64,000 nt of DNA from Clostridia bacterium (GCA_017466375.1 JAFTUH010000037.1:2782-66781), one strand, 5' to 3'; counted from the first letter of the stretch, positions 1 through 8,724 are shown. Notes: generated by a model from the sequence alone, not told the origin. Program-made: numbers and translations.

Positions 1-278
1 TGTTCCGAAATTTGTACCGCGTTCTGAAGCTGTCCGAAGATGCGACTCCGTTTCAAAAGGAGACGGTCCGTTTGCTGCGGGCGATCGGTGTGCTCGTGCT
101 CGCTGTGCCTGTGATCGGTTTTCTGATGAGTATCGTCGTGCGCCTAGTGACCGGTGCGGAGACGGCGGAGATTGCGCTTGATCTAGGCGGTGTCTTTATG
201 GGAATCGTCGTTTTGATCCTTACCCGCTGGTTTGTGCGCGGCGCTGAGCTGGAAAACGACGTGGACGGACTTTTGTAA
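1..278 (+). CDS. DUF2975-like small membrane protein, 5' end cut by window edge
   Basis: The frame is open from base 3 with no stop. It has two hydrophobic helices (AIGVLVLAVPVIGFLMSIVV, GVFMGIVVLILTRWFV). It ends 9 nt before a YozG-type HTH gene, which is the usual pairing. Confidence 0.5.
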   Translation, partial: FRNLYRVLKLSEDATPFQKETVRLLRAIGVLVLAVPVIGFLMSIVVRLVTGAETAEIALDLGGVFMGIVVLILTRWFVRGAELENDVDGLL

Positions 279-287
279 GGAGAGGCT

Positions 288-500
288 ATGGGCAAAATTG
301 TTCTTCGGCTCGATCGGATGATGGTGGAGCGAAAAATGTCCCTGAATGAGTTGGCGGAGCGTGTGGGGATTTCTACCGTCAATCTCTCCAAAATCAAAAA
401 CAACAAGGTGACGGCGATTCGCTTTTCCACTCTTGCGGCAATCTGCGAGGTGCTTGCGTGCGATGTCGCAGACGTGCTGGAATTCCGGAATGAAGAGTAA
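288..500 (+). CDS. XRE-family HTH transcriptional regulator, YozG-like (70 aa)
   Basis: ATG follows AGGAGAGG. The HTH signature is MSLNELAERVGISTVNLSKIKNNKV, with the typical C-terminal LCEVLxCxxxDxLEF tail. Confidence 0.8.
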   Translation: MGKIVLRLDRMMVERKMSLNELAERVGISTVNLSKIKNNKVTAIRFSTLAAICEVLACDVADVLEFRNEE

Positions 501-528
501 GGGGAACGGCGACAGCGTGCTGTTCCTC

Positions 529-557
529 TTGCCAAAGCGGGAAAAATAGTATATAAT
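529..557 (+). promoter_or_regulatory. Sigma-70 type promoter, TTGCCA-17-TATAAT
   Basis: -35 TTGCCA at 529-534, a 17-nt spacer, and -10 TATAAT at 552-557. It lies about 24 nt upstream of the RBS/ATG at 581. Confidence 0.45.
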
Positions 558-580
558 GAAGAAAAAACGCGGAGGGTCTT

Positions 581-1006
581 ATGAAAAATATCATCTATTA
601 TTATAGTTCGCTCGGTAAGTATATCACCGAGCAGGATACCGCTTTCGGTGAGGAGACACAGATGAACATCACCGTGAGACCGCACGAGTTTTCAATTGCC
701 GTTGGCGGTGATACACTGCGTCAGAGCGCGTGCGGTGCGTATGAGATTCTTGTTTCTGTCGACGGTGCCGCCGTCATCCGCGATGAGAACGGTGCTGTTC
801 TTGCAGAGGCGGATAAGACGGATACCACCTATAATGAGGCGCGTATCGATTGGGAGCCGGGTGCGCTTTCGGTCACCTTCGGCTGCATGGTGACAGTGGA
901 TTACTATCCCGATTGTGACGGCGAGAGCGACCGCTATGGCGAGAAATGGGTGACGCAGCGCGCCGTTATCCTGCATACAGAGGACAACTCTGTGGAGATC
1001 AGATAA
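581..1006 (+). CDS. Hypothetical protein (141 aa)
   Basis: GGAGGG RBS 5 nt before the ATG, and coding-like composition. I recognise no motif. Confidence 0.5.
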   Translation: MKNIIYYYSSLGKYITEQDTAFGEETQMNITVRPHEFSIAVGGDTLRQSACGAYEILVSVDGAAVIRDENGAVLAEADKTDTTYNEARIDWEPGALSVTFGCMVTVDYYPDCDGESDRYGEKWVTQRAVILHTEDNSVEIR

Positions 1007-1034
1007 CGAAAATCGCGCGTCGGAGGTACAAATC

Positions 1035-1766
1035 ATGTTTGATGCGGTGAAAATCAAAAACGAATGCATTTTGTGGATACGGGATTTTTTTGAGAAGAAC
1101 GGTCCCGGATGTAATGCCGTGATCGGCATCTCGGGAGGGAAGGACAGCTCTGTTTGCGCGGCACTTTGCGTCGAGGCGCTCGGGTATGACCGCGTGATCG
1201 GCGTGCTGATGCCGCAGGGAGAACAGCCCGATATCGATTGCGCGTACCGGCTCGTCCGGCATCTCGGTATCCGCCATTTTGTCATCGATGTTGCGGACGC
1301 TGTGAACGCTGTGCGGGCGAATCTGCCCGAGGGGATGGAGGTCACGGCGCAGACCGTGCAGAATATTCCGCCGAGAATCCGCATGACGACGCTGTATGCC
1401 GTGTCGCAGAGCATGAACGGACGGGTGTGCAACACGTGCAATCTCTCGGAGGATTACGTCGGTTATTCCACAAGATACGGCGATTCCGTCGGCGATTTCT
1501 CGCCGCTTTCCCATCTGACCGTCACCGAGGTCAAGGAGATCGGGCATCTGCTCGGTCTGCCGTGGGAGCTGGTGGAGAAGACGCCGAGCGACGGGCTGTG
1601 CGGAAAAACAGACGAGGACAATCTCGGCTTCACGTACGCGGAGCTGGATACGTATATCCGCACGGGTGTGATTGCGGATGCGGCAAAAAAGGCACTGATC
1701 GACAAGCGTCACGCGGCGAATCTGTTCAAGCTTTCGCTGATGCCGTCATTCAATCCTGAGATATAA
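1035..1766 (+). CDS. nadE: NH3-dependent NAD+ synthetase
   Basis: PP-loop motif GISGGKDSSV near the N-terminus. The ~243 aa length and overall NadE-like sequence fit. Confidence 0.9.
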   Translation: MFDAVKIKNECILWIRDFFEKNGPGCNAVIGISGGKDSSVCAALCVEALGYDRVIGVLMPQGEQPDIDCAYRLVRHLGIRHFVIDVADAVNAVRANLPEGMEVTAQTVQNIPPRIRMTTLYAVSQSMNGRVCNTCNLSEDYVGYSTRYGDSVGDFSPLSHLTVTEVKEIGHLLGLPWELVEKTPSDGLCGKTDEDNLGFTYAELDTYIRTGVIADAAKKALIDKRHAANLFKLSLMPSFNPEI

Positions 1767-1769
1767 ATC

Positions 1770-1800
1770 AAAAAGCGGTCGTTTTGCGACCGCTTTTTTT
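1770..1800. terminator. Bidirectional rho-independent terminator
   Basis: AAAAAGCGGTCG-TTTT-GCGACCGCTTTTTTT lies between convergent nadE and the Crp/Fnr gene. Confidence 0.75.
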
Positions 1801-2458
1801 ATAACAGTTCAAACGTATTTTTTTCGCTCTCCAGTATTCCCTCGCGGCGGAGTTTGCTGATCTCGGCGGACAGCCCGCTGCGGTCCACTTCCAGATAATC
1901 CGCCAGCTCCTGCCGGTCGAACGGGATCTCAAACCGGCTCGCGTTCACCTTTTTAGCGTACATCATCAGATATGTCATCAGTTTTTCTCTCGTTGATCGC
2001 TTGGATGTGATCTCCATTTTCTGATGGAACAGGATCGTCTTCGTCGCGAGATCCTTCATCAAATTAAAAATCAGCTGCTGGTGAAAGCCGCAGTTGTTTT
2101 CGCACGTGTGCAGGATGTGCGCGCACTCAATCAGCATGATCTCGCTCGGCTCGTTGGCGATCACGGTAACGGGGATTGCGTCCACCTCCGCGCAGGCAAA
2201 TGCCTCACCGAACAGCTCCGACGGGTAGATTTCGGAGAGGATACTGCGGTTGCCGAAGTAGTCGATGCGCACGATCTGCACCGAGCCTGTCAGGACGATA
2301 CCGATGTACTTCGCCGGATTTCCCTCCGCGATCACGGTGTATTTTTTGTCGAACGATTCCACCCGCGCGCCCAGACATGTCAGCATCCTGAGGAGATTTT
2401 CTTCCTCAATTCCCGAAAAAAGGGGGCATTCCCTTAAAATTTTCAAATATTTTTTCAT
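1799..2458 (-). CDS. Crp/Fnr family transcriptional regulator
   Basis: N-terminal cNMP-binding-like fold (FSGIEEENLLRML...GELFGE). C-terminal HTH (SRQELADYLEVDRSGLSAEISKLRREGIL). Confidence 0.85.
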   Translation of the reverse strand: MKKYLKILRECPLFSGIEEENLLRMLTCLGARVESFDKKYTVIAEGNPAKYIGIVLTGSVQIVRIDYFGNRSILSEIYPSELFGEAFACAEVDAIPVTVIANEPSEIMLIECAHILHTCENNCGFHQQLIFNLMKDLATKTILFHQKMEITSKRSTREKLMTYLMMYAKKVNASRFEIPFDRQELADYLEVDRSGLSAEISKLRREGILESEKNTFELL

Positions 2459-2471
2459 TTTGCACCTCGTT

Positions 2472-2489
2472 CTGTTGAAAATTCAACAG
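2472..2489. promoter_or_regulatory. Perfect 8-2-8 palindrome CTGTTGAA-AA-TTCAACAG, candidate Crp/Fnr- or Rex-type operator
   Basis: Read directly in the divergent intergenic region between the Crp/Fnr gene and ldhA. It lies upstream of TATAAT at 2510-2515. Confidence 0.4.
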
Positions 2490-2543
2490 ATTTATCGCTT
2501 TTATTATACTATAATAGTACCGTAAAAGCAAGGAGGTTTCAGA

Positions 2544-3578
2544 ATGAAAGTTGCTTTTTTCGATACCAAGCCGTACGATAAACAGTCCTTTGAGAAGGCG
2601 GCGGAACAGCACGGTATCCGGATCAAATATTTCGAGACAAAGCTGAACGAGGACACGGTGGATCTCGCGGCGGGTGCCGATGCAGTCTGCGTGTTCGTCA
2701 ACGATACAGTCAATGCAGCGGTGATCGACCGTTTGTGCGAGATGGGCGTGCGCGTAGTCGCTCTGCGGTGCGCAGGCTTCAACAACGTGGATATGAAGTA
2801 CGCTTTCGGCAAAATCCACGTGCTCCGCGTGCCTGCCTACTCCCCGTACGCGGTGGCAGAGCACACGATGGCGCTTTTGCTTGCCTCCGTGCGCAGAATC
2901 CACAAAGCGTACATCCGCACGAGAGATTATAATTTCAGCCTTGCGGGAATGACCGGATTCGATCTGCACGGCAAAACGGTCGGCGTGATCGGAACGGGGC
3001 GGATCGGACGGGTGTTCATCGGAATCTGCCGCGGCTTCGGCATGAAGGTGCTTGCGTATGATAAATACCCTGCCGCCGATCTGGCCGACGGGAAGAATAT
3101 CCGATACGCCTCGCTTGACGAGCTGTTAGCCGAAAGCGATATCATCTCGCTCCACTGTCCGCTGACGGAGGATACGTACCACATCATCGGTGCCGATGCG
3201 CTGGAAAAATGCAAACGCGGTGTCGTGCTGCTGAATACGTCGCGCGGTGCGCTGGTCGATGCCGAAGCACTGCTGGCGGCGATCAAATCCCGCAAGGTCG
3301 GTGCGGCGTGCCTCGATGTATACGAGGAAGAGTCGGAACTGTTTTTCGAGGATTTCTCCGGTCACATTCTGGATGACGATACGCTCGCACGGCTCATCTC
3401 CATGCCGAACGTGATCGTGTCCTCGCACCAGGCGTTTCTGACGGAGGAGGCACTCGCCAACATCGCGGAGACGACGGTGGAGAATATCACCGGCTTCTTC
3501 GCCACCAACCAATGCCCGAACGAGCTTTGCTACCGCGGCGGTTCCGCTGAAGACTGCAAATGCGGAAAATGCTTTTAA
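2544..3578 (+). CDS. ldhA: D-lactate dehydrogenase (D-isomer-specific 2-hydroxyacid dehydrogenase)
   Basis: AAGGAGG RBS. Long collinear similarity to E. coli LdhA (VCVFVND, ALRCAGFNNVD, RVPAYSPYAVAEH, GVIGTGRIG). It carries an extra Cys-rich C-terminal tail, CKCGKCF. Confidence 0.9.
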   Translation: MKVAFFDTKPYDKQSFEKAAEQHGIRIKYFETKLNEDTVDLAAGADAVCVFVNDTVNAAVIDRLCEMGVRVVALRCAGFNNVDMKYAFGKIHVLRVPAYSPYAVAEHTMALLLASVRRIHKAYIRTRDYNFSLAGMTGFDLHGKTVGVIGTGRIGRVFIGICRGFGMKVLAYDKYPAADLADGKNIRYASLDELLAESDIISLHCPLTEDTYHIIGADALEKCKRGVVLLNTSRGALVDAEALLAAIKSRKVGAACLDVYEEESELFFEDFSGHILDDDTLARLISMPNVIVSSHQAFLTEEALANIAETTVENITGFFATNQCPNELCYRGGSAEDCKCGKCF

Positions 3579-3595
3579 TACAGGAGGAGGTACAT

Positions 3596-4294
3596 ATGGT
3601 ACGGAAAATCATCCGAATAGATAAAGAAAAATGTAACGGATGCGGTGCGTGTGCCGCTGCCTGCCACGAAGGCGCGATCGAAATGATCGACGGCAAAGCG
3701 CATCTTACCCGCGAGGATTACTGCGACGGCTTGGGTGACTGCCTGCCCGCGTGCCCGACCGGTGCGATCACATTCGAGGAAAGGGAAGCACCTGCGTACG
3801 ATGAGGATGCCGTCCGTGCGGCAAAAATGCAGAAGCACGGCGGCAAGCTTCCGTGCGGATGCCCCGGTACGCAGTCCAAGGCGATCCGGCGCGAAGGCTG
3901 TTCCGTTCCCGCAAAATCTGCCGCTGTCACGAGCCAACTGATGCAGTGGCCGTGCCAGATCAAACTGGTGCCTGTCCACGCGCCGTACTTCGATGGCGCG
4001 AATCTCCTGATCGCCGCTGACTGCACCGCATATGCATACGGCAATTTTCACAATGATTTCATAAGAAATCACATCACCCTGATCGGCTGTCCGAAGCTGG
4101 ACGAGGGCGATTACGCAGAGAAGCTGACCGCGATCATCCGTGACAACGATATCAAGAGTGTCACGATCGTCCGCATGGAAGTCCCTTGCTGCGGCGGCAT
4201 CGAAAACGCTGCGAAACGCGCGCTCATGGAAAGCGGAAAATTCATCCCGTGGCGCGTCGTGACGATTTCTACCGACGGAAAAATTCTTGAATAA
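3596..4294 (+). CDS. 4Fe-4S dicluster domain protein with Cys-rich C-terminal domain
   Basis: GGAGGAGG RBS. Ferredoxin motifs CNGCGACAAACHEGAI and CDGLGDCLPACPTGAI. The start was moved from the track's 3560 to the ATG behind the RBS. Confidence 0.75.
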   Translation: MVRKIIRIDKEKCNGCGACAAACHEGAIEMIDGKAHLTREDYCDGLGDCLPACPTGAITFEEREAPAYDEDAVRAAKMQKHGGKLPCGCPGTQSKAIRREGCSVPAKSAAVTSQLMQWPCQIKLVPVHAPYFDGANLLIAADCTAYAYGNFHNDFIRNHITLIGCPKLDEGDYAEKLTAIIRDNDIKSVTIVRMEVPCCGGIENAAKRALMESGKFIPWRVVTISTDGKILE

Positions 4295-4308
4295 AACTGT
4301 GGAAATTG

Positions 4309-4337
4309 TTGCATATTGAACGTAAGCGTGCTATAAT
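4309..4337 (+). promoter_or_regulatory. Sigma-70 type promoter, TTGCAT-17-TATAAT with TGn extension
   Basis: -35 at 4309-4314, a 17-nt spacer ending in TGC, and -10 at 4332-4337, just upstream of the flavodiiron gene. Confidence 0.55.
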
Positions 4338-4366
4338 TTATATAGAGTTTTTGAAGGAGACAGGCT

Positions 4367-6157
4367 ATGGAAATCACAAACGATATCAAATATATCGGCG
4401 TAAATGACCGTAAGGTCGATCTGTTTGAGGGACAGTACAGGGTCCCGAACGGCATCTCGTACAACTCGTACGTGATCCTGGACGAGAAGATCGCCGTCAT
4501 GGATACGGTCGATGCCGCATTTACGCACGAATGGCTTGACAATATCCGCGACACGCTCGGAGAGAGAACGCCTGATTATCTGATCGTCCAGCACATGGAG
4601 CCGGATCACGCTGCGAATATCATGAATTTCGCTAAGGCATACCCGGAGGCAAAAATCGTCTCCTCCGCGAAGGCATTCAACATGATGCAGAACTTCTTCG
4701 GCACCGATTTTGCGGACAGACGGATCATTGTCGGCGAGGGAGATACCCTCACGCTCGGAAGTCACACGCTCGCATTCGTTGCCGCACCGATGGTGCACTG
4801 GCCGGAGGTTATCGTCACTTATGACAGCAAGGATAAGGTTCTCTTCTCCGCAGACGGATTCGGCAAATTCGGCACGCCCGATACCGACGAGCCGTGGGCG
4901 GACGAAGCCCGCCGCTACTTTATCGGCATCGTAGGCAAATACGGCGCGCAGGTGCAGGCGCTTCTTAAGAAGGCGGCGGGACTCGACATTCAGATCATCT
5001 GCCCCTTGCACGGTCCCGTGCTGACGGAGAATCTCGGGTATTATCTGAACCTCTATAATACTTGGTCGTCGTATCAGGCAGAGGAAGAGGGCATCGTGAT
5101 CGCGTACACGTCCGTGTACGGCAACACGAAGAAAGCGGTACAGCTTCTCGCCGAAAAACTGAGAGCCAACGGATGTCCGAAACTGATCGTACACGATCTG
5201 GCGCGCACGGATATGGCACAGGTCGTCGCCGATGCATTCCGCTACAGCAAGCTCGTGCTCGCTACGACGACGTATAACGCGGATGTCTTCCCCTTCATGC
5301 GTGAGTTCATCGATCATCTGACGGAGCGGAATTTCCAGAATCGCACGGTCGCGCTGATCGAGAACGGAAGCTGGGCGCCGCTTGCCGCCAAGGTGATGAA
5401 AGAGATGCTCGAAAAGCAGAAGAATATCACCTATACGGATACGACGGTACACATTCTCTCCGCGCTGAATGAGGAGAGCCTGAAGCAGATCGATACGCTG
5501 GCCGGCGAACTTTGCAAGGAGTACCTCGCCCAGCAGGATTCCACGGCGAACAAGAACGATCTGACGGCGCTGTTCAATATCGGATACGGTCTGTACGTTG
5601 TAACGTCCAATGACGGCAAAAAGGACAACGGACTGATCGTCAATACAGTCACGCAGGTGACGAACACACCGAACCGCATCGCTGTGACGATCAACAAAGA
5701 GAACTATTCGCACCATATCATCAAGCAGACGGGCAAGATGAATATCAACTGTCTGTCCACGGATGCGCCGTTCAAGGTGTTTGAGGCGTTCGGCTTCGTA
5801 AGCGGCCGGAACGTCGATAAATTTGCGGACTGCGAACCGCTCCGCTCCGATAACGGACTGGTATTCCTGCCCCGCTATATCAACTCGTTCCTCTCTCTGA
5901 AGGTGGAACAGTATATCGACCTCGATACGCACGGCATGTTCATCTGCGCCGCGACCGAGGCGCGCGTACTCTCCGACAGAGAGACGATGACCTACACGTA
6001 TTATCAGAACAACGTCAAGCCGAAGCCGCAGACGGAGGGCAAAAAAGGCTACGTCTGCAAGGTTTGCGGATTTGTATACGAAGGCGAGGAACTTCCCGCC
6101 GATTATGTCTGCCCGCTGTGTAAGCACGGCGCAGCCGACTTTGAACCCATTGAATAA
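4367..6157 (+). CDS. Multidomain flavodiiron protein: metallo-beta-lactamase-like diiron + flavodoxin + flavin reductase-like + rubredoxin
   Basis: N-terminus has an FprA-like HxExDH motif (VQHMEPDHAAN). A flavodoxin-like segment follows (IVIAYTSVYGNTKK). Next is a flavin-reductase-like segment (GLYVVTSNDGKKDNGLIVNTVTQV). The C-terminus is rubredoxin-like (CKVCGFVYEG...CPLCKHG). Confidence 0.9.
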   Translation: MEITNDIKYIGVNDRKVDLFEGQYRVPNGISYNSYVILDEKIAVMDTVDAAFTHEWLDNIRDTLGERTPDYLIVQHMEPDHAANIMNFAKAYPEAKIVSSAKAFNMMQNFFGTDFADRRIIVGEGDTLTLGSHTLAFVAAPMVHWPEVIVTYDSKDKVLFSADGFGKFGTPDTDEPWADEARRYFIGIVGKYGAQVQALLKKAAGLDIQIICPLHGPVLTENLGYYLNLYNTWSSYQAEEEGIVIAYTSVYGNTKKAVQLLAEKLRANGCPKLIVHDLARTDMAQVVADAFRYSKLVLATTTYNADVFPFMREFIDHLTERNFQNRTVALIENGSWAPLAAKVMKEMLEKQKNITYTDTTVHILSALNEESLKQIDTLAGELCKEYLAQQDSTANKNDLTALFNIGYGLYVVTSNDGKKDNGLIVNTVTQVTNTPNRIAVTINKENYSHHIIKQTGKMNINCLSTDAPFKVFEAFGFVSGRNVDKFADCEPLRSDNGLVFLPRYINSFLSLKVEQYIDLDTHGMFICAATEARVLSDRETMTYTYYQNNVKPKPQTEGKKGYVCKVCGFVYEGEELPADYVCPLCKHGAADFEPIE

Positions 6158-6189
6158 TTAATATATAATAAAATTTGGAGGATAAAACC

Positions 6190-6570
6190 ATGTGTGAAAC
6201 GAAATTTTATATCTGCGAGCATTGCGGCAATCTGATCGGTATGATCCATAATGTAGGCGTTCCGATGAAGTGCTGCGGTCAGAACATGAAGATGCTCGAG
6301 CCCGGCGTCGTCGAGGCAAGCCATGAAAAGCACATCCCCGTCGTAACAGTTGAGGGGAATACCGTCAAGGTCGAGATCGGCTCCGTCGCCCATCCGATGA
6401 CGGAGGAGCACAGCATTGAGTGGGTATACCTGCAGACGTGCCGCGGCGGGCAGAGAAAGACTCTGAAACCGGGTGACGCTCCTGTTGTTACGTTCGCTCT
6501 CGCCGATGAGACGCCGTGCGCCGTTTATGCGTACTGCAATCTCCACGGCTTGTGGAAAACGGATCTCTGA
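6190..6570 (+). CDS. dfx: Desulfoferrodoxin (superoxide reductase)
   Basis: N-terminal desulforedoxin-type CxxC...CC motif (CEHCGN...KCCGQ). This is followed by EKHIPVV and the neelaredoxin-like domain. The ATG sits 7 nt after GGAGGA; the track start at 6175 is a TTG inside the RBS. Confidence 0.85.
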   Translation: MCETKFYICEHCGNLIGMIHNVGVPMKCCGQNMKMLEPGVVEASHEKHIPVVTVEGNTVKVEIGSVAHPMTEEHSIEWVYLQTCRGGQRKTLKPGDAPVVTFALADETPCAVYAYCNLHGLWKTDL

Positions 6571-6588
6571 GAACGGAGGGGACATACG

Positions 6589-7098
6589 ATGGACGCAAAA
6601 GTACGCGAACTGCTCAATCAGCAGATCAATAAGGAGTTCTACTCCGCCTATCTGTATCTGGAATTTTCCAACTATTTCAAGGCGGCAAATCTGGACGGAT
6701 TTGCCAACTGGTACATGATTCAGGCACAGGAGGAGAGAGATCACGCGATGCTCTTCTACCAGTATCTGCAGAACAACAACGAGACCGTCACGCTGGAGGC
6801 AATCGACAAGCCTGTCGCAGAGATCACGTGCCACATGGACGTGCTCAAGGCAGGACTGAAGCATGAGATCTACGTCACGTCTCTCATCAACGATATCTAC
6901 GCTGCCGCATACGAGGTCAAGGATTTCCGTGCAATGCAGTTCCTCGACTGGTTCGTGAAGGAGCAGGGCGAGGAGGAGACGAACGCCAACGATCTCATCG
7001 CGAAGATGGAGCTGTTCGGCTCCGATCCGAAGAGCCTCTATATGCTCAATCAGGAGCTTGGTACCCGCGTATACACCGCACCGTCTCTGGTGCTCTGA
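6589..7098 (+). CDS. Non-haem ferritin
   Basis: Ferritin-like four-helix signature ([31 protein letters not shown]). Length is 169 aa. Confidence 0.9.
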   Translation: MDAKVRELLNQQINKEFYSAYLYLEFSNYFKAANLDGFANWYMIQAQEERDHAMLFYQYLQNNNETVTLEAIDKPVAEITCHMDVLKAGLKHEIYVTSLINDIYAAAYEVKDFRAMQFLDWFVKEQGEEETNANDLIAKMELFGSDPKSLYMLNQELGTRVYTAPSLVL

Positions 7099-7127
7099 TA
7101 AAATATTATTTGAAAGGAAGAACCATC

Positions 7128-7289
7128 ATGAAAAAATACGTATGTGACGCTTGCGGCTGGGAGTACGACGAGGCAGTCGGTGATCCCGATAACGGAATCG
7201 CGCCCGGCACGAAATTTGAGGATCTGCCCGACGATTTTGCATGCCCGCTTTGCGGCGTAGGCAAGGATTCCTTCTCCGAGGCAGAGTAA
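7128..7289 (+). CDS. Rubredoxin (53 aa), absent from the ORF track
   Basis: I translated it as [53 protein letters not shown]. It has the two CxxC pairs and the classical rubredoxin core. A GGAAG RBS-like purine run precedes the ATG. Confidence 0.85.
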   Translation: MKKYVCDACGWEYDEAVGDPDNGIAPGTKFEDLPDDFACPLCGVGKDSFSEAE

Positions 7290-7290
7290 G

Positions 7291-7500
7291 ATGAAGGAAA
7301 ACTACATGATCTGCAACTGCAAGCAGGTCAGCTACAACGACATCGCGGATGCCCTGCATACGGAGAAGAACTTCACCGACGTGCTGAAGGCGTTTGAGGA
7401 CGTGCAGAAGGTCACGCACTGCTCGACCGGATGCGGCGGCTGCCACGCGAAGGTTCTGGACGTGGTCTCCGAGATCCTGATGGGACACGGAGAGGCGTAA
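7291..7500 (+). CDS. BFD-like [2Fe-2S]-binding protein
   Basis: CNC...CSTGCGGCH cysteine pattern typical of the BFD-like domain. It starts 1 nt after the rubredoxin stop. Confidence 0.7.
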   Translation: MKENYMICNCKQVSYNDIADALHTEKNFTDVLKAFEDVQKVTHCSTGCGGCHAKVLDVVSEILMGHGEA

Positions 7501-7509
7501 AAAGAAAAG

Positions 7510-7546
7510 AGTATCCGTTCGCCGGTGGCTTTCGGATACTTTTTGT
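7510..7546 (+). terminator. Rho-independent terminator
   Basis: AGTATCCG...CGGATACT stem followed by TTTTTG. Confidence 0.7.
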
Positions 7547-7561
7547 TTAAGGAGTAAGACT

Positions 7562-8314
7562 ATGGAAATGGTGCTTTTAACCGCGCTCGGCGTCGGCGGT
7601 GCGACGGTGTTCGGCTCGCTGATCGGGTTTGCGTTCAAGAAGATTTCGCACAAGTTTTCGGATATTGTGCTGTCGTTTGCGGCAGGTGTCATGCTTGCGG
7701 CCGCCGTGCTTGGGCTGATTCTGCCGTCGATCGATTACGGTGGGAAGTACGGGCTGATCGTGACGGTGGCAGGCGTGTTCACGGGTGCGTTTTGTCTGAA
7801 TCTGATCGATAAGGTCGTGCCGCATCTGCACAAGTTTGTCGGTGCGGACAGCGAATCGCACAGCAACGGCAGCCTCAGCAAGGTGCTGTTGTTTGTCACT
7901 GCGATTGCGATTCACAATCTCCCCGAGGGAATCGCCGCCGGTGTCGGATTCGGCTCGGGCAATACGGCGCAGGCGTTTCTGATTGCGGGCGGTATCGCTT
8001 TGCAGAATATTCCGGAGGGTATGGTCATCATCGGACCGATGCTCGCCGCCGGCGTTACACCGAAGAAGACGTTTATCTGTGCGATGATTACGGGACTGGT
8101 TGAGGTTGTCGGCACGCTGATCGGCTATTTCGCGGTGAGCGTATCCGCGGTGATTCTGCCGTTCGCGCTTGCGTTCGCCGGCGGCACAATGCTGTACGTC
8201 ATCAGCGATGAGATGATCCCGGAAACGCACGCACACGGCAGCGAGCGCGGTGCTACATACGCGCTTCTCGTCGGCTTTTGCCTGATGCTCGTGAGCGATG
8301 TGCTGTTGGGGTGA
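7562..8314 (+). CDS. ZIP family divalent metal transporter (ZupT-like)
   Basis: Polytopic membrane protein with the ZIP motifs AIAIHNLPEGIA and ALQNIPEG. Confidence 0.85.
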   Translation: MEMVLLTALGVGGATVFGSLIGFAFKKISHKFSDIVLSFAAGVMLAAAVLGLILPSIDYGGKYGLIVTVAGVFTGAFCLNLIDKVVPHLHKFVGADSESHSNGSLSKVLLFVTAIAIHNLPEGIAAGVGFGSGNTAQAFLIAGGIALQNIPEGMVIIGPMLAAGVTPKKTFICAMITGLVEVVGTLIGYFAVSVSAVILPFALAFAGGTMLYVISDEMIPETHAHGSERGATYALLVGFCLMLVSDVLLG

Positions 8315-8323
8315 GGAGAAAGA

Positions 8324-8476
8324 CGGGGAGGGACTTTTTGCAAAAAGTCCCTCCCCGAACCCCTCTTCAAAAACCTTTGGGGCAAAGAATAGGTTTAGGC
8401 TGTCCCCTGCCTAAAAGTTTTGATCAAACTTTTTCAAAAGTTTGCGGGGTATGGGGCAGCGCCCCATGTAACGGCG
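8324..8476. repeat. Palindrome-rich intergenic repeat, copy 1 (153 bp)
   Basis: Starts with the perfect 32-nt palindrome GGGGAGGGACTTTTTGCAAAAAGTCCCTCCCC and contains two further hairpins. It is near-identical to 8571-8722. Confidence 0.85.
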
Positions 8477-8570
8477 TTCTTTTTGTTAGCTTTTTCTTGC
8501 GCCTGTGGCATCAAGAAAAAGCGGCAAATGGTTTTGCGGGACGAAATGTAGGCGGGCGCGACGGGAAGAA

Positions 8571-8722
8571 CGGGGAGGGACTTTTTGCAAAAAGTCTCTC
8601 CCCGAACCCCTCTCCCAAAACCTTTGGGGCAAAGAATGGATTTAGTTTTCCCCTGTCCAAAAGTTTTGGTCAAGCTTTTTCAAAAGCTTGCGGGGTATGG
8701 GGCAGCGCCCCATGTAACGGCG
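8571..8722. repeat. Palindrome-rich intergenic repeat, copy 2 (152 bp)
   Basis: Direct repeat of 8324-8476, offset by 247 bp, with a few substitutions. Confidence 0.85.
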
Positions 8723-8724
8723 TC

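Noticed and set aside
4331-6127. 598-aa minus-strand ORF opposite the flavodiiron gene; likewise 16463-17956 and 17830-19419 opposite the ABC genes
   Set aside because: The sense strands have clear catalytic and Walker motifs. The antisense translations are compositionally aberrant.
8324-8722. Possible CRISPR array
   Set aside because: There are only two copies, the repeat unit is ~153 bp rather than 24-48 bp, the spacer is a single 94 bp, and no cas genes are nearby.
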